Assembly (NCBI GenBank): GCA_034520565.1
Contig: JAXHNL010000002.1
Span: 608,001-672,000, forward strand
Length of the DNA: 64,000 nucleotides
Direction: 5' to 3'
Source: Halodesulfurarchaeum sp.
Lineage (GTDB): Archaea; Halobacteriota; Halobacteria; Halobacteriales; Halobacteriaceae
Shown: positions 31,583 to 42,002 of the stretch, piece by piece
Layout of the letters: each line of letters opens with the position of its first letter
Position numbering within the stretch: position 1 is the first letter of the stretch
Made by a program: the position numbers and the translations under genes
The notes under the pieces: generated by a model
Seen by the model: only the letters and a program-made list of their open reading frames with translations
What the model was told of the DNA's origin: nothing
The model's database searches: none

Positions 31583-31977
31583 CCCTGGACGAGGAGATCA
31601 AAAGTAAGTTCCTGACCGAAACGGAGACTATCCTCGAGGGGCACCTTGACGACCTCGAGGGGATGTTCCAATTCCATGAGGACGGCACGATTGAGCTGCT
31701 TGGCGAGTACCGGGAGATCCGGCCGGAGGACAGGATCCTCATCTATCTAATCGCCAGGCGGTACCAGTTCGAGGCCGACCTCGCCGAGAGTGACTCGATT
31801 CCTTACAGCGAAATATATGGGGTGCTACTCGATAAGAAGAAGAGCACGGTGAGGGGCTACTTCATGAACCTGCGGGAGGACGGGTTCGCTCGAAAGGTTG
31901 AGGACGGGCACGAACTAGTGGTCGAGCGCTTGCCGGAGGCCATTGACCGAATTGATTCGAACGGCATCGGGGATTGA
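31579..31977 (+). CDS. Islet gene C: paralog of gene A (winged-helix-like)
   Basis: 'RILIYLIARR..FEADLAE' and 'STVRGYFMNLREDGF' align by eye with gene A; ATGA overlap with B. Confidence 0.75.
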   Translation: MTLDEEIKSKFLTETETILEGHLDDLEGMFQFHEDGTIELLGEYREIRPEDRILIYLIARRYQFEADLAESDSIPYSEIYGVLLDKKKSTVRGYFMNLREDGFARKVEDGHELVVERLPEAIDRIDSNGIGD

Positions 31978-31991
31978 CCTCAATCCACCAA

Positions 31992-32765
31992 TCATTCAGC
32001 TTGTTCGGCGATACGAATTCCCTGGAGTATGTCGTAGAGGATTTCCGCGAACCTTGTCGCCTCCCCGGAAAACGCCTCAACCTCCTCGTCGGCGAATTCC
32101 ACCCGGAGGGCGTGGGCCCCGGCGTTCCCTTCGTCCTTGAGCTCGCGGATGCCCTCAACCAGGGACCGGTCGAGCTCGCGCGAAAACCTCCTCAGAGTTG
32201 GGACGGTGTCAGAGAGGTTGTTAAGAAGCTCATCGAAGCTGTAGTGGCGGCTGTTCTCCTGGTCGTAGAACATCTGGACATCGTCCCCCGAGTAGTATGT
32301 CTTGAGAATCTGGAAAATCAAATCCTCAAAGAGCTTCCGGCTGAGCACCAAAGTCGCGTCGTAGATGCGATATCGGTAGCATTCGTTGATGTCGTCAACG
32401 AGCTGCGCGTACCTCTCGTCGCTTTCGAAACCATCTGTGTTGATGAACAGATCTCCCTCGTCCCTTGTGTTGACGAGTACGGTTTCATCGAGCCACCCCT
32501 CTACGTACTCAACCCCGGCAGGGGTAAGACGATATTCACCATTGCCCACCGAAGCAATCAGGCCGTCTCCATCAAGCCGATCGAAATATCTAGAAACCCC
32601 GGATGGGGAGTAAATGGATCGCGACTGCTTAATTTCGGTCCTGACTTCGGCCTGGGCTACTTTGGGTTGGCCTTCAACTTCATCAAGGTAGTAGAGCGCA
32701 AGTGCGGCATGCTCCTTGCCGCCGGCGTCATCATCTAACCCCTCAAGATAGCGATCAAAACTCAT
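31992..32765 (-). CDS. Islet gene D: N-terminal wHTH plus C-terminal DUF4145/HEPN-like domain
   Basis: 'GEYRLTPAG' wing; 'INECY...YDATLVLSRKLFEDLI' and 'IRELKDEGNAGAH' match the HEPN/DUF4145 pattern. Confidence 0.72.
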   Translation of the reverse strand: MSFDRYLEGLDDDAGGKEHAALALYYLDEVEGQPKVAQAEVRTEIKQSRSIYSPSGVSRYFDRLDGDGLIASVGNGEYRLTPAGVEYVEGWLDETVLVNTRDEGDLFINTDGFESDERYAQLVDDINECYRYRIYDATLVLSRKLFEDLIFQILKTYYSGDDVQMFYDQENSRHYSFDELLNNLSDTVPTLRRFSRELDRSLVEGIRELKDEGNAGAHALRVEFADEEVEAFSGEATRFAEILYDILQGIRIAEQAE

Positions 32766-33415
32766 TAGTCCTCGTTAGACTCGAGACGGTCCACCGTGCG
32801 CGCGATCTGGTCGCACCCTTCTCTCCGACCAGGGAGAGTGAGTTCGATCGCTGTATGTTCTCCAGTCCCTTCCCTTCGGAAATATTGGTCACCCTCACCC
32901 TCATTGAAATAATACATGTTGTATAGACTCGAATCGTCAATGCCGGAAATTCTAAGCGCGTCCTTGAGCTCCGGCGACATCACCGACTCAATTCCCATGC
33001 ATTCCCTCCAGAGTGTAAAGAAAATCAAAGAGGCTCGCATCTGCATTTCGCTCCTGCCCGATCCGGATTCGCCCAACACATCGACTTCGAAATTGAGAGA
33101 GGGTGGCTCGTCCCCGTCGGGGTTTACGTCGAAGTACTGATTGAGGACCGCATTGTCGATACCTGTCTTATCTGGTATGTCTCCGAACCTTGGACCCGAA
33201 CCCTGGGTTGGTCGATCTGACGTATCATCTGTCTCGGGGACCGAGACATTCTCGGCCGTATTACTAGATTCCTGGCTAGCGTAGCCTTCGAGTATATCCT
33301 CATTTTCCTCGATAAAACTGATGAAGTTGATGAGCTCTTCCTGAACTTCCTCTCGGTCTTCTCCGGCTAGCTCGACGTTCAGGCGGCCAAGACTGAGTGA
33401 GACCGTTAGTTCCAT
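32765..33415 (-). CDS. Islet gene E: hypothetical protein with a probable C-terminal wHTH
   Basis: Acidic 216-aa ORF coupled to D (TAATG overlap); C-terminal 'IELTLPGR' wing-like motif. Confidence 0.7.
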   Translation of the reverse strand: MELTVSLSLGRLNVELAGEDREEVQEELINFISFIEENEDILEGYASQESSNTAENVSVPETDDTSDRPTQGSGPRFGDIPDKTGIDNAVLNQYFDVNPDGDEPPSLNFEVDVLGESGSGRSEMQMRASLIFFTLWRECMGIESVMSPELKDALRISGIDDSSLYNMYYFNEGEGDQYFRREGTGEHTAIELTLPGRREGCDQIARTVDRLESNED

Positions 33416-33722
33416 ACTCGGTGTCTGACACACGTATGACGCAAATAATTTGCTACAATGCCAAAAATACTGATGACGCGCCCTTCTGTGTGTAATTTAA
33501 CAATCTCTGGTAAGTGGAACGAATACGGCTGGGTTCGTGTAATTCACCATGGAACCGCCCGACTGCGACTGCCCTACGTTCCTGGATGAGGGCAACCCGG
33601 ACGAGGATTTGGAGCCGGTAGCCGTCCACGGTTCGATAATACAACAAGATATATTTGATATAACCATACCTATAATATATTTTAATACAATAGCAGTCAA
33701 TGATACAGTACAACCTCCCCCC

Positions 33723-34076
33723 ATGCCGATCCCAAAGGAGCGTTTCGAGACGATCGCGGACGACAGCATCTCTCCGGGCACGAACGCAGAGCGGATCATG
33801 ACATTCTTGCTGGAGAACGAGGCCTACGCATTTCGCATGACCGAAATCGCCGATGGGGCTGACATTCCACAGGGAAGTGTGGGCCCGACGCTCCGACGAA
33901 TGGAGGAAGACGGCCTGGTGGAACACCGGGCGAACTACTGGCGGGTTTCGGATTCATATCTGGCCTCAGAAGCTGGACTGTCACTGGCAAATGCGGTTGC
34001 GGCCGAATACGACGACGGGAAGGAGTTCGACAGCGACGCGTGGGATGCCGTTGCCGAAGAGCCGAGTGGCGAATAA
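33723..34076 (+). CDS. MarR-like HTH protein (haloarchaeal antitoxin-type)
   Basis: 'MPI..E.F', 'GTNAERI..FL', 'EIA...DIP.GSVGPTL.R....GLVEHR..YW'; AT-rich promoter upstream. Confidence 0.75.
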   Translation: MPIPKERFETIADDSISPGTNAERIMTFLLENEAYAFRMTEIADGADIPQGSVGPTLRRMEEDGLVEHRANYWRVSDSYLASEAGLSLANAVAAEYDDGKEFDSDAWDAVAEEPSGE

Positions 34077-34208
34077 CTTCTTGAGCGGTCGCGAAGGAGA
34101 GACGAATGGCGTATTTGTGACGAGATCTGGTTTGGGAACTCGAATCGTTCAAATCGACCAAATCCCCGGGGAAAGGGACGTAAACGACGTCCGGCAAGCC
34201 CCACTCCC

Positions 34209-34907
34209 TCAGTTCGTCTGCGAATCCGGCTTTGCGTCGTCCGGTTTGTCCGCCCCCGACGGCGCTTCCACCCCCTCGACGGCCTTGGCGACCTCGATGT
34301 CTTTCTCGGTGTCCACGTGCCAGCGATCCACGTCCTCGAACGAACGGAGGTGCTCTTTTACCTCCTCCTTCAACTCCTCGTCGTTGACGTTGACCTCGAA
34401 GACGAACTCGTCCTGGGCGCGCACCCGCTGGATGTTCGCGCTGATCAGGTCGTTGTCGAAGTAGTAGGGGGCGACCTGGGTCATCACCTTCTGATAGACG
34501 GTGTTCTCGAGTTTCCGGAGGGCCTTTCGACTCGCGGTGTCGGCCGCGCGGGCCACGTAATCGATGGTGTCCTGCCACTTCTCGACGGCCCCGTTCGCGT
34601 CGTTGTCCTCGATGTGTTCGTAGGACTCCGTGAGCCGCTCGCCGGCGGACTGGAGGTCCTCGTCGGCGGTTTTTCCCTTGGCCTCCCCCTCCCCCTTGCC
34701 GACGCTGGCCTGGTCGGCGGTCTTCTCGGAGACGTCGGACTCGATCTGCTCGTGCATCTTGGGCCGCCATTCGACCCACTCCTCGAAGGCGTCCGTGTGG
34801 GACTCTCTCGCGCCGGCCTCCCGGAGTGCGTTGGTGATTCGCTCGCCGTGCTCCACGACCTCACCCCAGGTTCCCCGCTGTTTGAAACCCGAGATGCTCT
34901 CTTCCAT
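34209..34907 (-). CDS. Conserved haloarchaeal hypothetical protein (DUF5828-like)
   Basis: 'MEESISGFK.RG.W.EVVEHGERIT', 'APYYFDN.L.SAN'. Confidence 0.75.
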   Translation of the reverse strand: MEESISGFKQRGTWGEVVEHGERITNALREAGARESHTDAFEEWVEWRPKMHEQIESDVSEKTADQASVGKGEGEAKGKTADEDLQSAGERLTESYEHIEDNDANGAVEKWQDTIDYVARAADTASRKALRKLENTVYQKVMTQVAPYYFDNDLISANIQRVRAQDEFVFEVNVNDEELKEEVKEHLRSFEDVDRWHVDTEKDIEVAKAVEGVEAPSGADKPDDAKPDSQTN

Positions 34908-35005
34908 GAGGATTCACTGCGTACCGAACGCTAAACACCTTTTCCCTGCGGCCGCGGCTTCCGCGGATCGACACCGATAATTGGACACCCGCCGAGCACT
35001 CGCAC

Positions 35006-35692
35006 ATGCCCATCCGGGAGCAAGAACACGGCGCACTGATCGATCATGCCTTTGCCACCGACACGCTCTCGCGGCTCCGGGACCGCGGGACCGAGCAGAT
35101 CGGGTTCCGGAAGGGCCTGGTCAAACTCGGTCGCCTCTGCGGGTACGAGATCGTCGACGGCGCGATGGAGACCGAGTACGTCGAGATCGAGACCCCGCTC
35201 ACCGGGACGATGGGCGAGCGGGTCAGCGGCCTCGAGGACGTCGTCATCGTCAACGTCCTCCGGGCGGCCACCCCGTTCGTCGAGGGGCTGCTCAAGGCCT
35301 TTCCAGCGGCCCGCCAGGGGGTCATCAGCGCCGGCCGGGACGAGGCGGGCGGGATGGACGAGGACGGGACCTTTCCCATCGACATCGATTACGTCAAACT
35401 CCCCGAGATCACCCCCGAGGACACGGTCATCGTCGCCGATCCGATGCTCGCGACCGGCTCGACTGCCAGCACGGTTCTCGAACGGGTGCTTGCGGACGCC
35501 CCACCGGCGGCCGAGGTCATCCTGCTCGCGGCCGTCAGCGCCCCCGCGGGCATCATCCGGATCGAGGAGGAATTCCCCGACGTGCGGGTCCTGACCGTCG
35601 CCATCGACGACCACCTCGACGAGGACGGCTACATCGTGCCCGGGCTGGGGGATGCGGGCGACCGGGCCTTTGGCACGACTGACTCGGCGTAG
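35006..35692 (+). CDS. upp: Uracil phosphoribosyltransferase
   Basis: [24 protein letters not shown]. Confidence 0.95.
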   Translation: MPIREQEHGALIDHAFATDTLSRLRDRGTEQIGFRKGLVKLGRLCGYEIVDGAMETEYVEIETPLTGTMGERVSGLEDVVIVNVLRAATPFVEGLLKAFPAARQGVISAGRDEAGGMDEDGTFPIDIDYVKLPEITPEDTVIVADPMLATGSTASTVLERVLADAPPAAEVILLAAVSAPAGIIRIEEEFPDVRVLTVAIDDHLDEDGYIVPGLGDAGDRAFGTTDSA

Positions 35693-35759
35693 ACGGGGCA
35701 CTGCAGTTCCGACCGAGAAAGAACCAACTTATATGCCGATCCCGGCCGGTGTCTCGGGT

Positions 35760-35975
35760 ATGACCGACGCCGAACAGTGTGATGCCTGTGGGGAGCCGGT
35801 TTCCGACGCCCTCTCCCGGACCATTCGCCTGACCGTCGACCGCTCCCAGATCGACGCCCAGCGGCTCTGCCCGGAGTGTTTCGCCGACTGGATCGACCGT
35901 TACGAGACCGAAATGAAGACCCGCGCGGAACCGGCGATCGTCGAGGACGGCGACGACGAACTCATCGTCGATTGA
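35760..35975 (+). CDS. Small CxxC zinc-finger protein
   Basis: CDACG ... LCPECF in a 71-aa acidic protein. Confidence 0.75.
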   Translation: MTDAEQCDACGEPVSDALSRTIRLTVDRSQIDAQRLCPECFADWIDRYETEMKTRAEPAIVEDGDDELIVD

Positions 35976-36020
35976 CCCGATATTGGGCTGGACGACTGCC
36001 CGTCGGCCGGCTTTGCCCGA

Positions 36021-36656
36021 CTAGCTATCCATTTCGATCTCGGCGCGACCACTCGTCGCGCTGCGGATCCGATCCCGGAGGGCGTCGGCCTCTCCGACCG
36101 GAACCGTCACCGAAAAGGACACCTGCTCCTGGTACTCCGCGTCGAAATCCACGTCGGCTGACTCCAGGATCCCCCTGACCGTCCCCGAATCGTCGTAGAC
36201 AACTTCGATGCCGAACGTCTCCTCCGGCCGGGTCTCGGTCACGCCGGCGTCCTCGACGGCCTCTTTCACGCCGCGACTGAACGCCCGAGCCAGCCCGCCG
36301 ATCCCGAGGTTCGTCCCGCCGTAAATGCGGGCGACGACCGCGACCACGTTCTCGAGGTCCTGCTGGACGAGGACGTTCAGCGCCGGTTTCCCCGCGGAGC
36401 CCGTTGGCTCGTAATGGTCGTCCTGGTACTCTCGAAGGATGTATCCGTGGCCGGAGTCGACCCGGACGCGGTAAGCCGGGATGATCGTCGCCCCCGAGAA
36501 CTCGCCTCGAACGGCCTCGATGTAGTCCTCGGCGGCCACCTTGCTCCGTGCGGGAGCGACGTGCCCGGTGAACTCCGAGCCCCGGATCTCGAAGTACGAG
36601 CGCCCCTCTCCGGCCACCGTCCTGTAGGGCTCGGGGTCGGCGCCGGGATCCCTCAT
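36021..36656 (-). CDS. YigZ/IMPACT-family protein
   Basis: EIRGSEF, EP.GSAGKP.L, R.YGGTNLG.GGL.RA. Confidence 0.85.
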   Translation of the reverse strand: MRDPGADPEPYRTVAGEGRSYFEIRGSEFTGHVAPARSKVAAEDYIEAVRGEFSGATIIPAYRVRVDSGHGYILREYQDDHYEPTGSAGKPALNVLVQQDLENVVAVVARIYGGTNLGIGGLARAFSRGVKEAVEDAGVTETRPEETFGIEVVYDDSGTVRGILESADVDFDAEYQEQVSFSVTVPVGEADALRDRIRSATSGRAEIEMDS

Positions 36657-36731
36657 CGTCCGGAGTCGGTGACTGAGTGCCTTCGGGATTGCGGTTTCGT
36701 CATTGCGGTCGGCACCGACCGATCAACCCGA

Positions 36732-37235
36732 TCAGGCGATCTCGATCGACCGAACGAACTCGAGGTTCGAAAGCTCGGTGAGCAAATCGCCCGGGACTTG
36801 CTCTTCCGTGATGATGTGGAGCCGCGGCTCGTCGGTGAACTCGGGGTCCTCGCTGACCGCCTGGCGGATCGTGATGCCCCGGTCGGCGAGGCGGCTCGTG
36901 ATCGTGGCGATGATGCCGGACTCCCCGGCGCTGGTGACCGCGATCGTGAGGACGGTCAGGTCCAGCAAGGGCGCGAGGTCCATCAAGCTCGGAATCTGGG
37001 AGATGTTCCGGAAGATCCGCTCGAGTTCCGGGTCGGTGAGGATCGCGTTGGTCGTCGTGTCGACGACCCGTCGATCCACGCCCGCCTCCTCGGCGACCTG
37101 GGTGTTGGGGATCTCGATCGAGCCGGAGACCACTCGTCCCTCCTCGTTGACGGAAAACCCCCGCTCGAGCATGAGCCGAACCACGGCCTGCTGGCCCGGA
37201 CTTCCCTCGAACTTCTCCATGATGGACCCGAACAT
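36732..37235 (-). CDS. ACT-domain regulator of amino-acid metabolism
   Basis: Archaeal HTH+ACT architecture ('GVDRRVV', 'GIIA.IT..LA..GI.IRQ'). Confidence 0.8.
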   Translation of the reverse strand: MFGSIMEKFEGSPGQQAVVRLMLERGFSVNEEGRVVSGSIEIPNTQVAEEAGVDRRVVDTTTNAILTDPELERIFRNISQIPSLMDLAPLLDLTVLTIAVTSAGESGIIATITSRLADRGITIRQAVSEDPEFTDEPRLHIITEEQVPGDLLTELSNLEFVRSIEIA

Positions 37236-37261
37236 CCGCGATCACCTCCTCCCGGATCCCG

Positions 37262-37852
37262 TCATTCGATCGTGCCCTTGGTGCTCGGTGCGTCGCTCCG
37301 GCGGTCGTCGAGACGGGTCGCATCGTCGAGAGCGACTCCAAGGGCCTTGAAGAGCGCCTCGATCTCGTGGTGGGCGTTTTCGCCCTCGAAATCCACCTGC
37401 AGGGTCAGGCCCGCGTGCTCCGCGAGCGAGCGGACGAAATGGGTCCCGAGCACGCTCGTGAACTCGCCCACGCGGTCCTGGGAGAACGCTCCCGTGGCTT
37501 CGAAGTACGGCCGTCCGCTCACGTCGAGGACGACCGTCGCCCGCGCCTCGTCCATGGGAACGGTCCGATCGGCGAATCGGCGGATCGCCCGACGCTCTCC
37601 CAGGGCCTCGTCGATGGCCTGGCCAAGGACGATTCCCACGTCCTCGACGGTGTGGTGCTCGTCGACGTCAAGGTCGCCCGCACACCGGACGGTCAGATCG
37701 AGGTAGCCGTGGCGGGCGAACGCGGTCAGCATGTGGTCGAAAAAGCCCACGCCGGTGTCGACGGTCGTTTCGCCGGTCCCGTCGAGGTCGACCGTGACCG
37801 AGATCTCCGTCTCGGCGGTCTCCCGCTTTCGGGCCGCTTGCCGTTCGCTCAT
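37262..37852 (-). CDS. hisB: Imidazoleglycerol-phosphate dehydratase
   Basis: [35 protein letters not shown]. Confidence 0.96.
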   Translation of the reverse strand: MSERQAARKRETAETEISVTVDLDGTGETTVDTGVGFFDHMLTAFARHGYLDLTVRCAGDLDVDEHHTVEDVGIVLGQAIDEALGERRAIRRFADRTVPMDEARATVVLDVSGRPYFEATGAFSQDRVGEFTSVLGTHFVRSLAEHAGLTLQVDFEGENAHHEIEALFKALGVALDDATRLDDRRSDAPSTKGTIE

Positions 37853-37899
37853 ACCCCATTCCAGCCGGGGGACCCATATGACCGTTGTGCTCGGATCGC

Positions 37900-38622
37900 C
37901 TACTCGACCGCCGATTTGGCCGCTTCGAGGGTGAACGCACCCTCGTAGAGGGCGGTCCCGACGACGACAGCCGCTGCGCCGACCGCTTTGAGCGCGACGA
38001 CGTCCTCGATGTTGGCGACCCCGCCGCTTGCCACGACCGGAATCTCGACGGCGTCGACGACCCGCTCGACCAGCTCGGTCCGAACGCCCTCCTGTTTGCC
38101 CTCGACGTCGACGTCGGTGAAGAGGATCCCGGCTGCGCCGAGGGCCTCGTATCGACTGGCGGCCTCGGCCGGGTCGAGCCCGGTTCCTTCCGTCCAACCC
38201 GAGACGACGACCTCGCCGTCTTTCGCGTCGAGACTGACGAGCACCCCGTCGGGATGGATGTCGCTGATTTGCTCGACGAGTGCGGGTTCCTCGAGGGCTG
38301 CGGTGCCCAGGATCACGCGCTCGACGCCCGAGTCGAGCAGTTCGAGTGCGTCCGCCGCGGTCCGGATCCCACCCCCGAGCTGCACGGGCACGTCCACGGC
38401 CTCGAGGATTGCGTCGATCGCCCCGGCGTTCCGTCGTTCGCCCTCGAAGGCCCCGTCGAGGTCGACGAGGTGGAGCGTCTCCGCGCCCGCCTCGACCCAG
38501 CCGGTGGCGGCCGCGACCGGATCGCCGTAGGTCTTCCCTGTTCCCCGCTCGCCCTGGACGAGTTGGACGACTTCACCGTCTTTGAGATCTACCGCGGGAA
38601 TGACTTCGAATCGCTCGCGCAT
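37900..38622 (-). CDS. hisA: ProFAR isomerase
   Basis: [32 protein letters not shown]. Confidence 0.95.
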   Translation of the reverse strand: MRERFEVIPAVDLKDGEVVQLVQGERGTGKTYGDPVAAATGWVEAGAETLHLVDLDGAFEGERRNAGAIDAILEAVDVPVQLGGGIRTAADALELLDSGVERVILGTAALEEPALVEQISDIHPDGVLVSLDAKDGEVVVSGWTEGTGLDPAEAASRYEALGAAGILFTDVDVEGKQEGVRTELVERVVDAVEIPVVASGGVANIEDVVALKAVGAAAVVVGTALYEGAFTLEAAKSAVE

Positions 38623-38783
38623 GGATAACGGTTTCGCGGCCCGACCTTTTAAGCCGGCGCCATCGTGATTGCCCGCGCGCCGAGTGGATTTCCCCGCCGG
38701 GTCCGGAGGTGTCGGCGGATTTTGCCGAAGAATGGTGGAAAAAGGAAAACTACTATCCCCTCTGCGTGTGTATACTGCTGGTG

Positions 38784-39173
38784 ATGCCCACAGTAGAATA
38801 CGTCAACTACGAGGTACTCGACGACCAGGGCTGGGACCTGGACGACGGCGATCTGTTCGAGAAGGCGGCGGACGCCGGACTCGACGATGAAGACTACGGG
38901 ACACTCGACGTCGGCGAAGGTGAGTATATCCTCGAGGCCGCGGAAGCACAGGGCTTTGACTGGCCCTTCTCCTGCCGGGCCGGCGCCTGTGCGAACTGTG
39001 CCGGAATCGTCAAAGAGGGCGACGTCGAGATGGACATGCAGCAGATCCTCTCCGATGAGGAAGTCGAGGACGAGAACGTCCGTCTGACCTGTATCGGCTC
39101 GCCGTCGGCCGACGAGGTCAAACTCGTCTACAACGCCAAGCACCTGGACTTCCTCCAGGACCGCGTCATCTGA
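38784..39173 (+). CDS. fdx: Halophile-type [2Fe-2S] ferredoxin
   Basis: [26 protein letters not shown]. Confidence 0.96.
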   Translation: MPTVEYVNYEVLDDQGWDLDDGDLFEKAADAGLDDEDYGTLDVGEGEYILEAAEAQGFDWPFSCRAGACANCAGIVKEGDVEMDMQQILSDEEVEDENVRLTCIGSPSADEVKLVYNAKHLDFLQDRVI

Positions 39174-39379
39174 TCGGCCAGGAACCGACGGTTCGGCGTC
39201 CCCCTTTCGGGGAGCACTTTTCGAGCAGCAGTTTCACGGATAGTCCCGCTTACTGCAGGTCCACCTTGGGCCCGGACAACGACGACCGGCCCCATCGTCT
39301 CGGGTCGAATGAAACGACGGCGGCCGGCAAACGGTTCGAGTGGCCGGATTGAAGGCCACACTCCCCGAACGGGAACCTA

Positions 39380-40543
39380 ATGGCAGCCCAGCCATGGATT
39401 TCGTCGTCCGAACCCGAGCTTCCCGACACCGTTCCTGCACTCCGGAACGCGATGCCCGCACTCGCTGACAGGCTGTACTTCAATTGGGGGGCAAGTGGCC
39501 CGAGCCCTCGCCCCGTCGTTTCCGCGGCGAACGCCGCGATCGAATACCACGAATTCCAGGCGCCACGGGATGTCGGGATGTACCCCGCAGCCGACGAGAT
39601 TTTCGAGCATGCCCGCGAGTCGATCGCCGACCTGGTGGGCGTTTCTCCGTCGACGATCGCACTGACACAGAGCACGACGGAGGGGATCAACCGAGTTGGA
39701 ACGGCGATCGACTGGGAGCCGGGAGACGTCGTCGTCACGACGGATCTCGAACACGCCGCGGGTCGACTCCCGTGGACCCGACTCCAGGACGCGGCGGGTA
39801 TCGAGGTCCGTGTGCTGGAAACGGACCGGGGCCGGATCGACCTCGAGGCGCTGGACCGAGCGGTTCAGGGTGCCGGTCTGCTCTGTGTCAGCGCCGTCGA
39901 CTGGCTCTACGGACGGGCCCATCCCGTTTCAGAGATGGTCGAGATCGCCCACGAAAACGACGCGCTTGCCCTCGTCGATGCCGTTCAAGTGCCGGGCCAG
40001 CGGCCCGTCGATATTCGGACTTGGAACGCGGATTTCGTCGCCGGCGCCGGTCACAAGTGGCTGCTCGGCCCGTGGGGTGCTGGCTATCTCTACGTGGCCC
40101 CGGCGGTCGTCGAAGCCCTCGAACCCATTCACGTCGGGTATCGAAGCGTTTCGACCGCCTCGGGTGGCGAATACGAACTCCACGACGATGCGAAACGGTT
40201 CGAAGTCGGAACCATGAGCCCTGGCCCATTTGCGGGCCTCCGGACGGCCATCGAAACGATGCAGCGTGTGGGCCTCGAACAGGTCAACGAGCGGATTCGA
40301 ACGCTTCGCTCCCGGTTCGTCGAAGGGATCCCGTCCGCCCGTCTCAGAAGCCCGGCCGAGTCGCCGACCGGTCTCGTCACCCTCGCGGTCCCGGACGCGG
40401 ATTCGGTGGTCGAGCGACTGGATTCGGCCGGGATCGCCGTTCGGTCACTGCCCCTCTCCGACTCGATTCGCGTGTCGATTCACGCCCCGAACACCGAGGC
40501 GGAAATCGATGCAATCCTGGCGGCTCTGGAACCGGTTTGGTGA
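39380..40543 (+). CDS. Class V aminotransferase / PLP-dependent lyase
   Basis: YFNWGASGP, STTEG, DAVQ, GHKWLLGP, RFEVGT. Confidence 0.85.
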   Translation: MAAQPWISSSEPELPDTVPALRNAMPALADRLYFNWGASGPSPRPVVSAANAAIEYHEFQAPRDVGMYPAADEIFEHARESIADLVGVSPSTIALTQSTTEGINRVGTAIDWEPGDVVVTTDLEHAAGRLPWTRLQDAAGIEVRVLETDRGRIDLEALDRAVQGAGLLCVSAVDWLYGRAHPVSEMVEIAHENDALALVDAVQVPGQRPVDIRTWNADFVAGAGHKWLLGPWGAGYLYVAPAVVEALEPIHVGYRSVSTASGGEYELHDDAKRFEVGTMSPGPFAGLRTAIETMQRVGLEQVNERIRTLRSRFVEGIPSARLRSPAESPTGLVTLAVPDADSVVERLDSAGIAVRSLPLSDSIRVSIHAPNTEAEIDAILAALEPVW

Positions 40544-40602
40544 GACGAGTCATCGAGCCGAGACGATAACAGCTAAACCGCGACCGGGCAAGAGATCCAC
40601 TC

Positions 40603-41595
40603 GTGGACGCCACCATTCCCGACCTCCTGCGGCTGCTCGCGGTTCCGGTCCTCGGGTGGGCCGCCGTCCGGGACGCCAGGACGAGACGAGTTCCCAACCG
40701 GACGTGGTACCCGCTCGTCTCTCTGGGAGTGTTGCTTCTCCTCTGGGACGCTCTCGTCCTCGGATTCGAGGGGCCGGGGTTCAGCCTGTTTCTCCTGCGG
40801 GCGGGCCTCGGCATCGCCATCGTGGGCACACTCGCCATGGGCTTCTGGTTCACGGGCAGCTTCGGCGGGGCCGACGCGAAGGCGTTCCTGGCGATCGCCG
40901 TGCTCTTTCCGACCTATCCGGCCTACGAACTGTTCGGAACGACCCTCCCCGTCGTGGTCACGGACCTGGGGATCTTCTCGCTGACCATCCTGACCAACGC
41001 CGTGCTCGTCGGCGTCGCGTATCCGATCGCGCTCGCGGTCGGGAACGCCCGGTCGGGGGAACGCTCCCCGCTTTCCTTCGTCGCCCGGCGGGTGTCCGTC
41101 TCGAGTCTCCTTGAGCGACACGGGACCCTCCTCGATACGGACGGTTCGTTTACCCAATCCGGCCTGGACCTGGACGCGCTGCGGATGTACCTCCGGTGGC
41201 GCCGGGTCGATCTCGACACCGTGTGTGCGAACCCGGCTCTCGTGGACCCGAACACGCTCCCCGAGGATCCGGGCGACCCGACCGACGGGGCGGTCGAGAC
41301 AGGGGGCGTTGCGGACACGAGTGCCGGATCCCGGGCCGAGGCGGCGGACTGGAACGACGGTCCCATCGAGGATCGCTGGGGTGCAGCGGCGTTCCTCGCG
41401 GCCATCGACACCACTGCGTACGGCACGGACCCCGAGGACCTCCGGACCGGGCTCGACCGGATCGTCGACGCCGAGTCCGTCTGGGTTTCGCCCGGCATCC
41501 CGTTCATCGTCCCGACCTTTCTCGGGCTCGTCCTCGCGCTTACGGTTGGAGACCTGCTCTTCCTGGTTTTGGGCCTGTTCGGGGTCGTGGCATAG
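40603..41595 (+). CDS. pibD: Prepilin/prearchaellin peptidase (A24)
   Basis: [27 protein letters not shown]. Confidence 0.9.
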   Translation: MDATIPDLLRLLAVPVLGWAAVRDARTRRVPNRTWYPLVSLGVLLLLWDALVLGFEGPGFSLFLLRAGLGIAIVGTLAMGFWFTGSFGGADAKAFLAIAVLFPTYPAYELFGTTLPVVVTDLGIFSLTILTNAVLVGVAYPIALAVGNARSGERSPLSFVARRVSVSSLLERHGTLLDTDGSFTQSGLDLDALRMYLRWRRVDLDTVCANPALVDPNTLPEDPGDPTDGAVETGGVADTSAGSRAEAADWNDGPIEDRWGAAAFLAAIDTTAYGTDPEDLRTGLDRIVDAESVWVSPGIPFIVPTFLGLVLALTVGDLLFLVLGLFGVVA

Positions 41596-41636
41596 CAGAC
41601 GTAACGGCTATCCGGCAACGAATCCTTCCTCCGGCC

Positions 41637-42002
41637 ATGACTTCCCTCGAGGTCGATCTGGAGTTCGACAACGGACTGATTCCCGTCATCGCCCAGGACG
41701 TCGAGAGCGACGACGTTCTGATGTTTGCCTATGCCACCCGCGAGGCCGTCGAACGGACCGCCGAGACCGGCCGAGCCCACTACTACTCCCGCAGTCGAGA
41801 CGAACTCTGGGAGAAGGGCCAGACCTCGGGGCACACCCAGACCGTCGCGGAGATCCGGGTGGATTGTGACGGCGACGCGCTGCTCTACCGCGTCGAACAG
41901 GAAGGTGGGGCCTGCCACACCGGCCACCGATCGTGTTTCTTCCGGACCGCCGACGGGACCGACGTCGGCGAGGTCGTCTTCGACCCCGAGAATGTCTACT
42001 GA
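41637..42002 (+). CDS. hisI: Phosphoribosyl-AMP cyclohydrolase
   Basis: YYSRSR..LW.KG.TSG, DCDGD, ACHTG.RSCF. Confidence 0.96.
   Translation: MTSLEVDLEFDNGLIPVIAQDVESDDVLMFAYATREAVERTAETGRAHYYSRSRDELWEKGQTSGHTQTVAEIRVDCDGDALLYRVEQEGGACHTGHRSCFFRTADGTDVGEVVFDPENVY

Larger units (their letters stand above)
29900..34200. other. Lower-GC accessory islet between pit and a conserved hypothetical gene
   Basis: Visible drop in GC, AT-rich spacers at 30090-30800 and 33420-33720, many A/T-ending codons, no housekeeping genes; boundaries approximate. Confidence 0.75.

Noticed and set aside
33549-33722. N-terminal extension of the MarR-like ORF given in the track
   Set aside because: It runs through an AT-rich promoter-like tract; the ATG at 33723 fits the family start.
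29900-34200. Provirus or IS element as the identity of the islet
   Set aside because: No integrase, transposase, terminal repeats or virion genes recognised.
36021-36656. YigZ motif deviations (GATIIPAY lacking the usual His; DDHYEP)
   Set aside because: Cannot distinguish real divergence from small assembly errors without reads.
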